Below are positions 35,995 through 45,425 of a stretch of 64,000 nucleotides of DNA, one piece after another (position 1 is the first letter of the stretch; each line of letters begins with the position of its first letter). Below the pieces are notes generated by a model. It searched no databases. It was not told the origin of the DNA and saw only the letters and a program-made list of their open reading frames with translations. This DNA is from a virus: IMG/VR virus record IMGVR_UViG_3300022602_000039, positions 32,001 through 96,000 of that record; one strand, given 5' to 3'. Made by a program: the position numbers and the translations under genes.

Positions 35995-36615
35995 CTACAA
36001 TAATCTACTTAAAACATCGTTTACGTACTGTTCGAACGTTTGCTGCTTACCGTCGATTTGTTCTTTAGCTGCTTGAAGTTCTTTTGTAAGAAATTCCCTA
36101 ACTTGACTTGTAGAATTTAAACTATCTGTACGCATCTCTATGGCAATACCGCCTGCAGCTCTCCATGCCTTAATATATTTTGGAAAGTCATCAATAAGAA
36201 CATTAGGTTTACCGTTTTCATCTTTAGCTACCTGTGTTTTATTGGTAATAAATTGCATCTCGTCTGGAGCAGGATGAAGATGTTTTTGAATCCATTCTCT
36301 TTTACCTGCTTCAGAAGCTGCTTTATCAATACCTGCAGGACAGGAACAAATACTATAACCACCAGCTATCTTTACAACTGTATCCACTATAGCATTTGTT
36401 AGAGGACCGAATGTTGGAAGATCAGCGAAGAATTTTTTAACACCACCATGTTTTTGAAAGAACTCTTTTGCTCTTCCCTCTCTATCTATCCAAATTTGAC
36501 GTGTATGTTCTTTTTCCTCCTCTGTAAGATTCTTATAATGCTTACCCAACATTCCCATAGCAACAGTATCAAAGAGGTTTGCAAGCAAACCATCCATATC
36601 GAGATACACTTTCAT
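35995..36615 (-). CDS. HAD-family 5'(3')-deoxyribonucleotidase
   Basis: YLDMDGLLA, GKREW, LIDD...W..AGG. Confidence 0.88.
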   Translation of the reverse strand: MKVYLDMDGLLANLFDTVAMGMLGKHYKNLTEEEKEHTRQIWIDREGRAKEFFQKHGGVKKFFADLPTFGPLTNAIVDTVVKIAGGYSICSCPAGIDKAASEAGKREWIQKHLHPAPDEMQFITNKTQVAKDENGKPNVLIDDFPKYIKAWRAAGGIAIEMRTDSLNSTSQVREFLTKELQAAKEQIDGKQQTFEQYVNDVLSRLL

Positions 36616-36827
36616 TATTTTCTATCCTTTCTATGAGTTCTCTTCCACCACTTACACCACCCATCAGGCTTAATAACACCAAATACCGCAGAACACTTAT
36701 TCGGTGGTCTCCACATTGTACAAACATCACAGCGATGACCGTCAACAGGATGAGCTACATAGCCTGCTTTCTGCTTAGAATGCATGTGCTCGGTAAGCAA
36801 CGACTCAAATATTTTTTTAAAATTCAT
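36615..36827 (-). CDS. high-potential iron-sulfur protein (HiPIP)-like
   Basis: AGY...RCDVCTMW....CSAVFGVIKPDGWCKWW, the four-Cys HiPIP pattern. Confidence 0.8.
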   Translation of the reverse strand: MNFKKIFESLLTEHMHSKQKAGYVAHPVDGHRCDVCTMWRPPNKCSAVFGVIKPDGWCKWWKRTHRKDRK

Positions 36828-37072
36828 TACGGTTTAGATGCTACAACAACAGTAAATCGATAAAGAAAATAACCTTTAAAGTGTCTGTTTACAAAATCTT
36901 TTTTAGAGCTTATTACAAGTTTATTTTCTGTGATTGCAACTTTTTTTGTTTGTTCTTTAAGGTGTTCCTCTGCCTGATCTGACGTTGCAAAATATCCACT
37001 CCATTTAATAATATTACCGTCATATTTTGGTACTGTACCTTCAGGGTCTGGATGAGTATTTAAGAGTGTCAT
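36827..37072 (-). CDS. hypothetical protein
   Basis: ORF coupled to the HiPIP gene; TAAATA upstream. Confidence 0.6.
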   Translation of the reverse strand: MTLLNTHPDPEGTVPKYDGNIIKWSGYFATSDQAEEHLKEQTKKVAITENKLVISSKKDFVNRHFKGYFLYRFTVVVASKP

Positions 37073-37112
37073 GGCGTTAATTATTTAATCTTCTTTTACG
37101 CTTTTCTAAAAA

Positions 37113-37199
37113 TGGTGGGCCGTCTAGGGATCGAACCTAGCGAGTCTTTACGACGTTGGATTTACAGTCCAAACCGCCTCCTTAGCGGTATACCGACCC
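37113..37199 (-). tRNA. tRNA-Tyr(GTA)
   Basis: TTGGA CT GTA AA TCCAA; long V arm; CTAGG TTCGATC CCTAG; ACCA; extended D stem and 7:66 mismatch. Confidence 0.88.
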
Positions 37200-37207
37200 A
37201 TTTAAAA

Positions 37208-37846
37208 TTAACTCCAAAAGAAGTGACGATATTTAACAAGCTGTGTTAAAATTTCTAGATCTTTATCTTGAATAAGCTGTTCTAAGCGGTTTACTTCACC
37301 GTAAAGTTCTTCATATGATTCTTTACGTTTGACCATTTTAAACATCTTTACCTTTCCGTTTTCATCTGTTTCACACGGTACAAACATTTCATCGAGTGGT
37401 CGAAGAGGCGGATAAGCTGCATCCATATCTTTTTCAAGCTTTGGACGCTCAATAGTAATATAATCGTAAGCAGATTCTAGCCATTTGGCAAATTTAACAG
37501 CATGTTCTCCCGTACCCTCCCAGTCTGTGTGGCCGTGGAGGTATTCTGTTTCATAGAAGCTCTTAATAAACTCAAAGTTTACAATCTCAATTAGGTGAGA
37601 AATATCTACCCAGGTACGAGGGATTGCTTTACGAATACGATTGTTTTCCGGTGCAAAGATTGGACGAATCTTATCATAGTAATGCATCTTCCAGCGATAT
37701 GGAAAGATATCCCATGTACTACGGACACCAAAATTATCATCCATAAAGTTCCAAAACTTGTATCTAAAAGACTTATAGTAAGCTTCCATATCTGTATCAT
37801 CACAGCGAAGTGCATGATTACGTGCTTCAAATTTCTCCGGTGTCAT
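37208..37846 (-). CDS. conserved phage hypothetical protein
   Basis: ORF; sigma70-like promoter upstream. Confidence 0.7.
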   Translation of the reverse strand: MTPEKFEARNHALRCDDTDMEAYYKSFRYKFWNFMDDNFGVRSTWDIFPYRWKMHYYDKIRPIFAPENNRIRKAIPRTWVDISHLIEIVNFEFIKSFYETEYLHGHTDWEGTGEHAVKFAKWLESAYDYITIERPKLEKDMDAAYPPLRPLDEMFVPCETDENGKVKMFKMVKRKESYEELYGEVNRLEQLIQDKDLEILTQLVKYRHFFWS

Positions 37847-37888
37847 GCTATGATTATATAGCTATCACACCTAAAGTCAAGATAAAAC

Positions 37889-39649
37889 TTAGGACATTGC
37901 TTCCTGACCGATAAGGTTGGCACCAATTGATAAACTGCTACCACCGTTTGTAGTCACAGCAAGTGTAAGAACATCAGGGGTATTGCCGCGAATTGTGTTA
38001 TAGAGCGGGAAGAAGTTTGAAAGATCTTTATCATCAAGATTACTGCCTGGTGATACAAAGAAAGCATATACCACTTCACCACCAGTAAAGCTTGTAGCGT
38101 TATATTCAATTTCAGCAAATGAGTTAAATGAGCTCAAAGAGACCATCGAACGCCAGGTTGGGTTGTTTAATACAATGGGATTAGCAGGTGTTGAAGCAAA
38201 GAGCTCAATGTATGCGGCGTTATTTGTAGAGATTAAAAGATCTTGTGGGAGAATTTGACCACGATTAATTAATCCGATTTGATACGGTGCGCCTGCATAC
38301 GGTATTGGAAATTGTAATGTGCCACCACCGAACGTATTACCTGCAGCCATACCTGAAAGTGAAGCAGGTATAAAGCCGTTCTGAGCTGTAAGAGCATATG
38401 ATGAGAGTCCAGCAACTACATCAACACACGTTAATGAGTATGTTGAGCTCTGATAAATACGCCCGATAGTACCATTTGGATAACCGTTTGTTGTACTTGA
38501 AAGTGTCGGGAAATAAATCTGTAGCCCTGATAAGCCAGCGTTAGCATTAAACGTATTATTAGCAAATGTTAAGACGACAGGACTGCCTACACCGTTTAAT
38601 GTTGATACACCGGTAATTGCACTCAATCCGGTATTCATTGTATATGTATCAACAACTTTAGTACCCATTGTACGGTTTCTAATAGAAAGAACCGGTTGAC
38701 GTACTCTGTTATTTGGTACAGTTACAAAACCTGATGTACCGTAACTGTATGTAAAACCACGTTGAGCATCGCGTTGACCCTCTACAAGGATAGAAACACC
38801 GTAATGCAACATTGTATTTGGTGTACCTACACCTAGGTCTCTTTGTTCATATCGTGCAGGGAGATTACCTGTGCGTGCCCAGGCTTGAGTGAGGGTATTA
38901 CCTGTTCCAATTTCATGAAGAATATATTCTTCACCATTTATTAAAATGCCCCATCTTATTGCACCGGCTCCATACCATGCATACTCCAACCAAATCATTT
39001 GGATCTTCGTCCAATCAAGCTGATACTTTATACCTGAAGGGTCAGACCATTGCGCTAAATCTACTTTATAATCATTCGGTACACTGTTGATGTCGTTTCT
39101 CAAAACAACATACATGCCACTCGGATTATTATAAGATGGTGCTCCCTGTTCAAAGAAAATACCGTTTGCATCATCAAAAAGACCGACTCTTTGATACTGA
39201 CCTGCTACAGCGGTACCAAAATTCATAGCAGTAGCCATAAACATAGCCTTACCAGGTTGGTAACGGTGATATGGGCGACTCTGACGAACAGCTACATCAC
39301 CTAACCCATTAATAGTTAATGCAACTGCACCCTGACCTGGTAGTTGTGTTACAGTGGCGGTACCGTTTGTAAGGTTTTCCCAACGGAGGGGTTGAAGACC
39401 GTATTCAAAATCGGCTTCATATACGTTTTGTGCCTGGGATACCTTAAGCTTATTGACAGCGTCCTTCTGTCTTTTGCTAAAATTTACAGGTAGTGCACCA
39501 TCTGATTGAATATTTGTTAGATAAGAGGCCTGAGCATATAGAGGTACGCTTTTATCGTTTTGTATATTAACAAACGAATTAGTCCAACCCTGGATAGGGG
39601 TTTGTGGTGGTGCTGAAAAGGCAGGTACTGCTGATAAAACGGTAGGCAT
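37889..39649 (-). CDS. virion structural protein
   Basis: RQS..YHRYQPGK, WLEYAWYGAG.IRWG motif; paralogous to 63100-64000. Confidence 0.7.
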   Translation of the reverse strand: MPTVLSAVPAFSAPPQTPIQGWTNSFVNIQNDKSVPLYAQASYLTNIQSDGALPVNFSKRQKDAVNKLKVSQAQNVYEADFEYGLQPLRWENLTNGTATVTQLPGQGAVALTINGLGDVAVRQSRPYHRYQPGKAMFMATAMNFGTAVAGQYQRVGLFDDANGIFFEQGAPSYNNPSGMYVVLRNDINSVPNDYKVDLAQWSDPSGIKYQLDWTKIQMIWLEYAWYGAGAIRWGILINGEEYILHEIGTGNTLTQAWARTGNLPARYEQRDLGVGTPNTMLHYGVSILVEGQRDAQRGFTYSYGTSGFVTVPNNRVRQPVLSIRNRTMGTKVVDTYTMNTGLSAITGVSTLNGVGSPVVLTFANNTFNANAGLSGLQIYFPTLSSTTNGYPNGTIGRIYQSSTYSLTCVDVVAGLSSYALTAQNGFIPASLSGMAAGNTFGGGTLQFPIPYAGAPYQIGLINRGQILPQDLLISTNNAAYIELFASTPANPIVLNNPTWRSMVSLSSFNSFAEIEYNATSFTGGEVVYAFFVSPGSNLDDKDLSNFFPLYNTIRGNTPDVLTLAVTTNGGSSLSIGANLIGQEAMS

Positions 39650-39702
39650 AATAAATTAAATTACCAAATTATTTATAATACCATAACAAAATTGCTATAC
39701 TA

Positions 39703-39828
39703 TTAGTATTTTTTTACTAATTTACCTTTTACTTTTATAAAGCCATCGACTTTACCTGTAACTTTTGGAAAGTTTTCTTTGTATTTCTTTTGATCGCTTA
39801 CGCGTGACTTTGATCCTTTGCCTGCCAT
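39703..39828 (-). CDS. small basic protein (41 aa)
   Basis: MAGKGSKSRVSDQKKYKENF...; below the ORF-track cutoff. Confidence 0.5.
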   Translation of the reverse strand: MAGKGSKSRVSDQKKYKENFPKVTGKVDGFIKVKGKLVKKY

Positions 39829-39829
39829 A

Positions 39830-40738
39830 TTAGTGATTAGTTATGATTGCTTCTACTTTATTTACCCTCCAACGGCACTTATTGCCACGGAGATTATTCC
39901 GTACAAGTCGACCCTCGGTAGTAAGCTCTCGAAGAAGCCATCCTGCCCTCGAAGCATCTACTTTAAGCTTATCACAGATATCTGTGATAGAAAACTTACC
40001 TTCCATACTAAGAATTTGCTTACGAGCTTCTTCCTTCTTATCAGCCTTCGTAGTTTTACCAGAACCCTGGGTAATCTTTACCGGGGTAAAGTCATAACCC
40101 TTACTAGTAAAAGCACAAGTATAATCGATACCAGGACCGAAACGATTCTTTGCAAAATAGATTCGACGATGACCAGGCTCATCCTCAGAGATTTCAACAA
40201 AGATATTAACATCGACCGCGTACGTCAGAAGATTAGTACCCTTAATGACACCACCTTTCGTCAAATGACAGATAATCAAAACGACACACTCCGTCTCTTT
40301 AGCACGATTAATAAGAGTCTCAATAAACTCCTTCTCCTCCATATTACTCTTATCAACAGCGTGAAACGAATCGATGACAATGACATCAACATCGTTCATA
40401 AGACTGATAATCTTCTTAGCATTCGACTCATTGCAGATACCGACATCTTCGATACCAAGACGCTTACAAGCAAAAGCAACTTGATGAATAGACTCTTCAG
40501 CGGAAACAAAGCCAACCTTATGACCGTTCTTCGTCATTCCATTAAGAATCTGAAGAACCATCGTCGACTTACCAACACCAGCTTTCGACGAAATCGTAGT
40601 TATTGACCCTGGAAGCATTCCACCACCGAACATATCGTCAACCTCGGGGATACCCGACTTGACGCGACGATTATAGATATCAGGAATCTGAACATCTTTG
40701 ACTGCTGTAAACGACGTACTCTGTAGGTTAATTTTCAT
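39830..40738 (-). CDS. RadA/Sms-like RecA-family ATPase with C-terminal HTH
   Basis: SGIPEVDDMFGGG, AGVGKST, VSAEES, VIDS, CHLTKGG, KNRFG. Confidence 0.88.
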   Translation of the reverse strand: MKINLQSTSFTAVKDVQIPDIYNRRVKSGIPEVDDMFGGGMLPGSITTISSKAGVGKSTMVLQILNGMTKNGHKVGFVSAEESIHQVAFACKRLGIEDVGICNESNAKKIISLMNDVDVIVIDSFHAVDKSNMEEKEFIETLINRAKETECVVLIICHLTKGGVIKGTNLLTYAVDVNIFVEISEDEPGHRRIYFAKNRFGPGIDYTCAFTSKGYDFTPVKITQGSGKTTKADKKEEARKQILSMEGKFSITDICDKLKVDASRAGWLLRELTTEGRLVRNNLRGNKCRWRVNKVEAIITNH

Positions 40739-40775
40739 ACTATCAGTATATTGGAATTCAAAAAGGACTACAAGC

Positions 40776-41075
40776 TTATTTTCCGTTTATTTCAAGGGCA
40801 CGCTTAATTGTAGCATCGAGTGGATAGGTGGTATTTTGACCAACATCGAGTAATTGACGCACTTCCATCACCGAATGACCACCCTTTAACAAAGTAAGTG
40901 CATCTCTACAAATATAATGTTTAATGAATTCTTCTTTTGAACCGAATTTCTTTGACTTCTCTTCCAAATACGCACTGTTAGTAGGGCGTGTTTTTCCTGT
41001 AACAATACAGGTCAGGACCGAAGGATCACCGGCAATACTTTTCTTAAATCTAGCGTTAATTTCTGCAGCATTCAT
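40776..41075 (-). CDS. hypothetical protein (TCIVTG family)
   Basis: Paralog of 41777-42340. Confidence 0.65.
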   Translation of the reverse strand: MNAAEINARFKKSIAGDPSVLTCIVTGKTRPTNSAYLEEKSKKFGSKEEFIKHYICRDALTLLKGGHSVMEVRQLLDVGQNTTYPLDATIKRALEINGK

Positions 41076-41125
41076 TAAAGATAATAGTAGGAAATTTAAA
41101 AAGGAAAGGCAATAAAATAGTTGAC

Positions 41126-41163
41126 AAAAAAAGACCGGCTGCTAAGTAAAAACAGCCGGTCTT
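41126..41163 (-). terminator. intrinsic terminator
   Basis: AAGACCGGCTG...CAGCCGGTCTT with a T-run on the minus strand. Confidence 0.75.
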
Positions 41164-41180
41164 CTCATTGTTATACCGAA

Positions 41181-41375
41181 TTAGGCAACGGTAATATCGT
41201 TATTGCGGATGGCGCGCGTAAAATCGCGGCAATCGATCTGCTTGATGCTGCGCTCGAACTGATTGGTCTTCTCGAGGACCTTGGCGCGCTTGACGGTAAA
41301 GCTACCATCGCGGTTACGCTCCATCTTGACGAAGAACGTCTTAGGACGGAGATTCTTGTTTGTGTAGTCGATCAT
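41181..41375 (-). CDS. hypothetical protein
   Basis: Strong SD AAAGGAGGTG; biased codon use; terminator downstream. Confidence 0.75.
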   Translation of the reverse strand: MIDYTNKNLRPKTFFVKMERNRDGSFTVKRAKVLEKTNQFERSIKQIDCRDFTRAIRNNDITVA

Positions 41376-41456
41376 TGTTATTTCACCTCCTTTCGTTTCA
41401 TAAAATTCATATTAGATGCGGTAATTAATGTTGCAAGAATTACTTTTAAATTACTT

Positions 41457-41702
41457 TCAAAACACATCTCCGTTATCGGAAATCTTTGTATCTTCATAAG
41501 GAGCTACTGAACGTCGATACATCTCAAGCTTGCAGCATTCCAAGGCTCCGATAATATCATTATAGGTTTGATAGCTCTTACCCTTATTATTAAAATACTC
41601 TAAACACAATAGAGTAAGTGCAAAATTTAATTCACCAGGGTTCTCTGCAAAACAGTACCCCTGTAGAAGTTCGGTTCTTTTTTCTTGTTTAATGTAAGGC
41701 AT
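41457..41702 (-). CDS. conserved phage protein (MPYI...PGELN...YRR..APYED family)
   Basis: Recognisable motif set. Confidence 0.75.
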   Translation of the reverse strand: MPYIKQEKRTELLQGYCFAENPGELNFALTLLCLEYFNNKGKSYQTYNDIIGALECCKLEMYRRSVAPYEDTKISDNGDVF

Positions 41703-41776
41703 GAGAGCATAATAGATTATATAATTTTACAAATCAACTCTTGAAATATTTTTTTTATTCTATAATATAACCGCAC

Positions 41777-42340
41777 ATGAAGGGAAAGAAATCCAAAAAA
41801 ATTACTAAAAAGCCAACAAAGAAGCCGAAGCAATCGGTTGTCAATGATGGTGTTATAAAGAGTAAGATCATGACCTGCATTGTTACAGGGCTCGAACGCC
41901 GTGTATCGAAAGCTGGTATGGCCAAGGGGATTAAGAAGTTTGGTGGTCCTGTTCCCTTTATGGAGCATTATATTTCCAATGAAGCAAAACGCTTACTTCG
42001 TCAGAGAGTTTCTCCTGAAGAAGTTCAAAAACAATTAAGACCATCGAACAAAAAGCCGTTTTCCATTGATCATCAAGTACTTGCCAGGCTTAAGTTATTA
42101 AAGAAGCCTAGGAACAAGAAAATAACAATGGAAGAGGTAAAACAAATTTCTATTAAATGGATTCCAAAAGAACCTCGTACATACAATAATATTGCAGAGT
42201 ATATTATTGATAATACAAAGAACGGTTCCTGTATTGCTCCTCAACTCTACCTAGACTCCGATCGAGTTTGTGATCATTGTAAGTATACAAAACACTGTCT
42301 CTCAACTGCTAAGATGTTTTCTAAAAAGTATAAAGGTTAA
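41777..42340 (+). CDS. basic protein (TCIVTG family) with C-terminal Cys cluster
   Basis: TCIVTG...KKFG...HYI; CIAP...CDHC...C. Confidence 0.7.
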   Translation: MKGKKSKKITKKPTKKPKQSVVNDGVIKSKIMTCIVTGLERRVSKAGMAKGIKKFGGPVPFMEHYISNEAKRLLRQRVSPEEVQKQLRPSNKKPFSIDHQVLARLKLLKKPRNKKITMEEVKQISIKWIPKEPRTYNNIAEYIIDNTKNGSCIAPQLYLDSDRVCDHCKYTKHCLSTAKMFSKKYKG

Positions 42341-43464
42341 TATCCTTCGTAACTTTTTGTATACTTTACATGTCGGTAAGTATCATCTGATGTAGTTTTA
42401 ATAACTTTATCGGGTACTTTCTTCTCATACCTCATAACAAAAGTGATAATGATATCACCGATTTCCATGAGAAAAGCTAATAAGAAGCAAACAAGGGCAG
42501 TAATGTCGCCTGATGTTAAAGAGCCAAAAGATACTTTGATAATATTGTCAGATCCTATAATCTTTACGGGGATATAAGACACACTAAGATTAGAGGCAAT
42601 CGAAGATAATAGACTGTTGGCATTTATTACAGCGAGTTCAAGGTCCTTAAAATTTTTAGCATTATTGACTTCCTTTTTGCATATAATTAGTTTATCTCCA
42701 AGTAAAATATTGGATTGTTTGAGTGCCAATAACTTTTCGTTTACTTCCTGATCAATTACATCATTTTGACGTTTGAGTTCAGCCTTTGACTTTTGAATAT
42801 CAATGTCGGATTGTGCTTTTAATTTACGAACTTCAGCTTGAAGTTCTTTAGCTTTAGGTCCATCACCCGCTTTACCGCGAACACCCTCTCGTTCATCTAA
42901 AACAGCCTGATTAGCTTCTTCAACTTGTTTTTGTAAGTCAGAAGATGCATGTAAGAGCGTTTGTTCGGCAGCTGTTTTCTTATCTCTGCCTTCGTTTTGT
43001 ATTAAAAGTTCCTGATCTTGTGCAGATTTTTTACTTTGGATTTCAAATGTTGAGATAGTTTCGGAGATTTGTACTTTACTGCGTTGTAAACTGTCTTGAA
43101 GACCGGTTTCAGAGTAAAACCCCGTAAAATCAAATATTGTAGGGAGTAGACTTAAGAATAAACACAAAGATGCTGCTTTTAACGGAAATTCTTTACGTCC
43201 AAATAGTATAATTTTTACACAATATGGTAAACCAACAACAGCAAAACTTGCTAGCCCTACCAAAAACCAATTCCAAGTAATAAGAATATTGTTTAATGCA
43301 TGAAAAGCAAAGCAATACGCCACAAATATGATAAACCAATATACAATATCAATAGAAATAGCAGCAATTTTACTAAAAGTAGGAAAACCAAAAATAGTTA
43401 AATATTCTGGTAATTTTGTATTATCTGTAATTGGTTCCTTTATAAAGAAATCCTTTATATTCAC
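42337..43464 (-). CDS. membrane protein with long coiled coil (DUF4407-like)
   Basis: Three N-terminal TMs, E..G..G.AG.GP motif, coiled coil, C-terminal TM. Confidence 0.65.
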   Translation of the reverse strand: MNIKDFFIKEPITDNTKLPEYLTIFGFPTFSKIAAISIDIVYWFIIFVAYCFAFHALNNILITWNWFLVGLASFAVVGLPYCVKIILFGRKEFPLKAASLCLFLSLLPTIFDFTGFYSETGLQDSLQRSKVQISETISTFEIQSKKSAQDQELLIQNEGRDKKTAAEQTLLHASSDLQKQVEEANQAVLDEREGVRGKAGDGPKAKELQAEVRKLKAQSDIDIQKSKAELKRQNDVIDQEVNEKLLALKQSNILLGDKLIICKKEVNNAKNFKDLELAVINANSLLSSIASNLSVSYIPVKIIGSDNIIKVSFGSLTSGDITALVCFLLAFLMEIGDIIITFVMRYEKKVPDKVIKTTSDDTYRHVKYTKSYEGY

Positions 43465-43520
43465 TCTAATATTTAATCTATTGTAACAAAGGTCTTAAGT
43501 GATAAATAATTATTGTATCG

Positions 43521-45380
43521 ATGTCTACTACAATTACATTATCAGCATTATTAGTTGGTGGAGGCGGTGGCGGCGCCGGTGGTGGTAGTGCTGACAGCAT
43601 TAACTCCGGTGGTGGTGGTGCAGGTGGTGTATTGTTTTCTACATTTAATACTGGTCAAGGACAAATTTACACCATTAATGTTGGTAATGGTGGGAGTGGT
43701 GGTTCGACTGGTATTGGTGGCAGCGGAGGTGATTCTACAATATCATATAACGGTAATATCGTAATATCTAATGATGGTATTACATCATTACATGCTTTTG
43801 GTGGTGGAACTGGTGGTGGTGATTTTATCATAAACGGTTCATCCGGTGGATCAGGCGGTGGTGGTGGTGCGAGTACAACTACTATAGGTATAGGTGGTCA
43901 GGGTACCATAAGTCAAGGGTTCTCTGGTGGTAGCGGGTACTTAGGATCTGTTAATTACGGTGGTGGTGGTGGTGGTGCAGGTCATGTAGGTTATAACGCA
44001 TTGTCGAATAATGGTGGTCAAGGTGGTTTTGGTATTATAAATCCAATACCTGGCTCAACTGTCGGTCAATTATCAGCTGGAAACTATTGGGTAGCTGGCG
44101 GTGGTGGAGGTGGATCAAGTTTTGCGGGGTTACAGATATCATATGGTGGCGCTGGTGGTGGTGGTAACGGTTCACCGAACAGTCCAACGAATGGATTGTC
44201 TGCTACCGGTGGCGGTGGCGGTGGTGCATACAGTGCAACAGGTGGTAGCGGCGGTTCAGGTGTTGTTGTTCTTGTAGTACCAACAGCACAATACTCAGGT
44301 ATCACAACAGGCTCACCAAAAGTAACAGTAGTCGGAACAAATACATTATTGACGTATACAAATAACGGTTCATATACCAGTATATCATTACCGTTGTATA
44401 CACTTACACAAAACGCTAATGCTGGTACATTATTTTTTAATCAAGGCTTTGATATAAACAAAGATATTGTAGTAACTTTTGATTATGCATGTTACGGTAA
44501 TGGTTTTAATGGTAGCGAAGGGTTTAGTGTGTTCTTTACAAGTACCTTGAGTGCATTATCCGGTGGTGGACCAGGACCTGGTTTATGTTATGCTCCTGTA
44601 CAGAACGTTAATTCCGTAACAAGTCAAGTATTAACCTCATTTGGTGGTGTACAAAATGCAGCATTAGGTATTGGGTTTGATATGATGGGGAATTTCGGTA
44701 CTAATTTTTATGGTCTAGATGGATCATCAACACCAATTCCTAATTCAATTTCAATACGCGGTAGTTTTGATACAAAATACAGTCTTTTATACAATAGTGG
44801 TAATTTAAATAGCAATGCATTTCCGTTTCCGTATCTAATATACCAGCAAATTACTATCGCAGATACACCAATTATCTATGATCGTGTAAGAGTACGTATT
44901 ACTGACTTTGGTCAACGAGTTGCTATTGATATAAAGAGACCTACAGATTATACATTTTCAAATTTTGTAAATTACGTGCTTCCAGCTTCCACTTGGTGGC
45001 CGGATACAGTGTATTGCGGTCTTGGCTTTGCAGGTGGTCAAAATATTACAAATTTTAAAATAAAAGACTTAAATGTTAATGGTGTCTTCTTAAGTTCATA
45101 TAGAACTTGGAATTATACGCTTACAGGTATTCTCGGTTCATCATTATTCATTTCACCAAAAACTGGTACATCAACATCAGTATTTTTAAATGTCGGAGAT
45201 ACTATTGATATTTTTAAAGTAGCTTCAACACCGATAACAACCATAGCTAGTAATACTCAGTTATATACTCTGAGTACTAACCAACCATTATCAGGTTTAA
45301 CGGTACCTGCTCTTATTAATATAACTACAGGCGGAACAGCAGGGTTACAGTCTGGAGATCAATACATTATTATTCAGTAA
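43521..45380 (+). CDS. glycine-rich virion protein with L-type lectin-like domain
   Basis: VGGGGGG...GGSGVVV glycine-rich domain; GSEGFSVFF...LGIGFD ConA-like segment. Confidence 0.75.
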   Translation: MSTTITLSALLVGGGGGGAGGGSADSINSGGGGAGGVLFSTFNTGQGQIYTINVGNGGSGGSTGIGGSGGDSTISYNGNIVISNDGITSLHAFGGGTGGGDFIINGSSGGSGGGGGASTTTIGIGGQGTISQGFSGGSGYLGSVNYGGGGGGAGHVGYNALSNNGGQGGFGIINPIPGSTVGQLSAGNYWVAGGGGGGSSFAGLQISYGGAGGGGNGSPNSPTNGLSATGGGGGGAYSATGGSGGSGVVVLVVPTAQYSGITTGSPKVTVVGTNTLLTYTNNGSYTSISLPLYTLTQNANAGTLFFNQGFDINKDIVVTFDYACYGNGFNGSEGFSVFFTSTLSALSGGGPGPGLCYAPVQNVNSVTSQVLTSFGGVQNAALGIGFDMMGNFGTNFYGLDGSSTPIPNSISIRGSFDTKYSLLYNSGNLNSNAFPFPYLIYQQITIADTPIIYDRVRVRITDFGQRVAIDIKRPTDYTFSNFVNYVLPASTWWPDTVYCGLGFAGGQNITNFKIKDLNVNGVFLSSYRTWNYTLTGILGSSLFISPKTGTSTSVFLNVGDTIDIFKVASTPITTIASNTQLYTLSTNQPLSGLTVPALINITTGGTAGLQSGDQYIIIQ

Positions 45381-45425
45381 CATTTTAATGGAAAATGTAT
45401 AGTTTAAAGTAAATATTAGTACAGT

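Noticed and set aside
39818-40606. 262-aa plus-strand ORF
   Set aside because: Antisense shadow of the RadA-like gene
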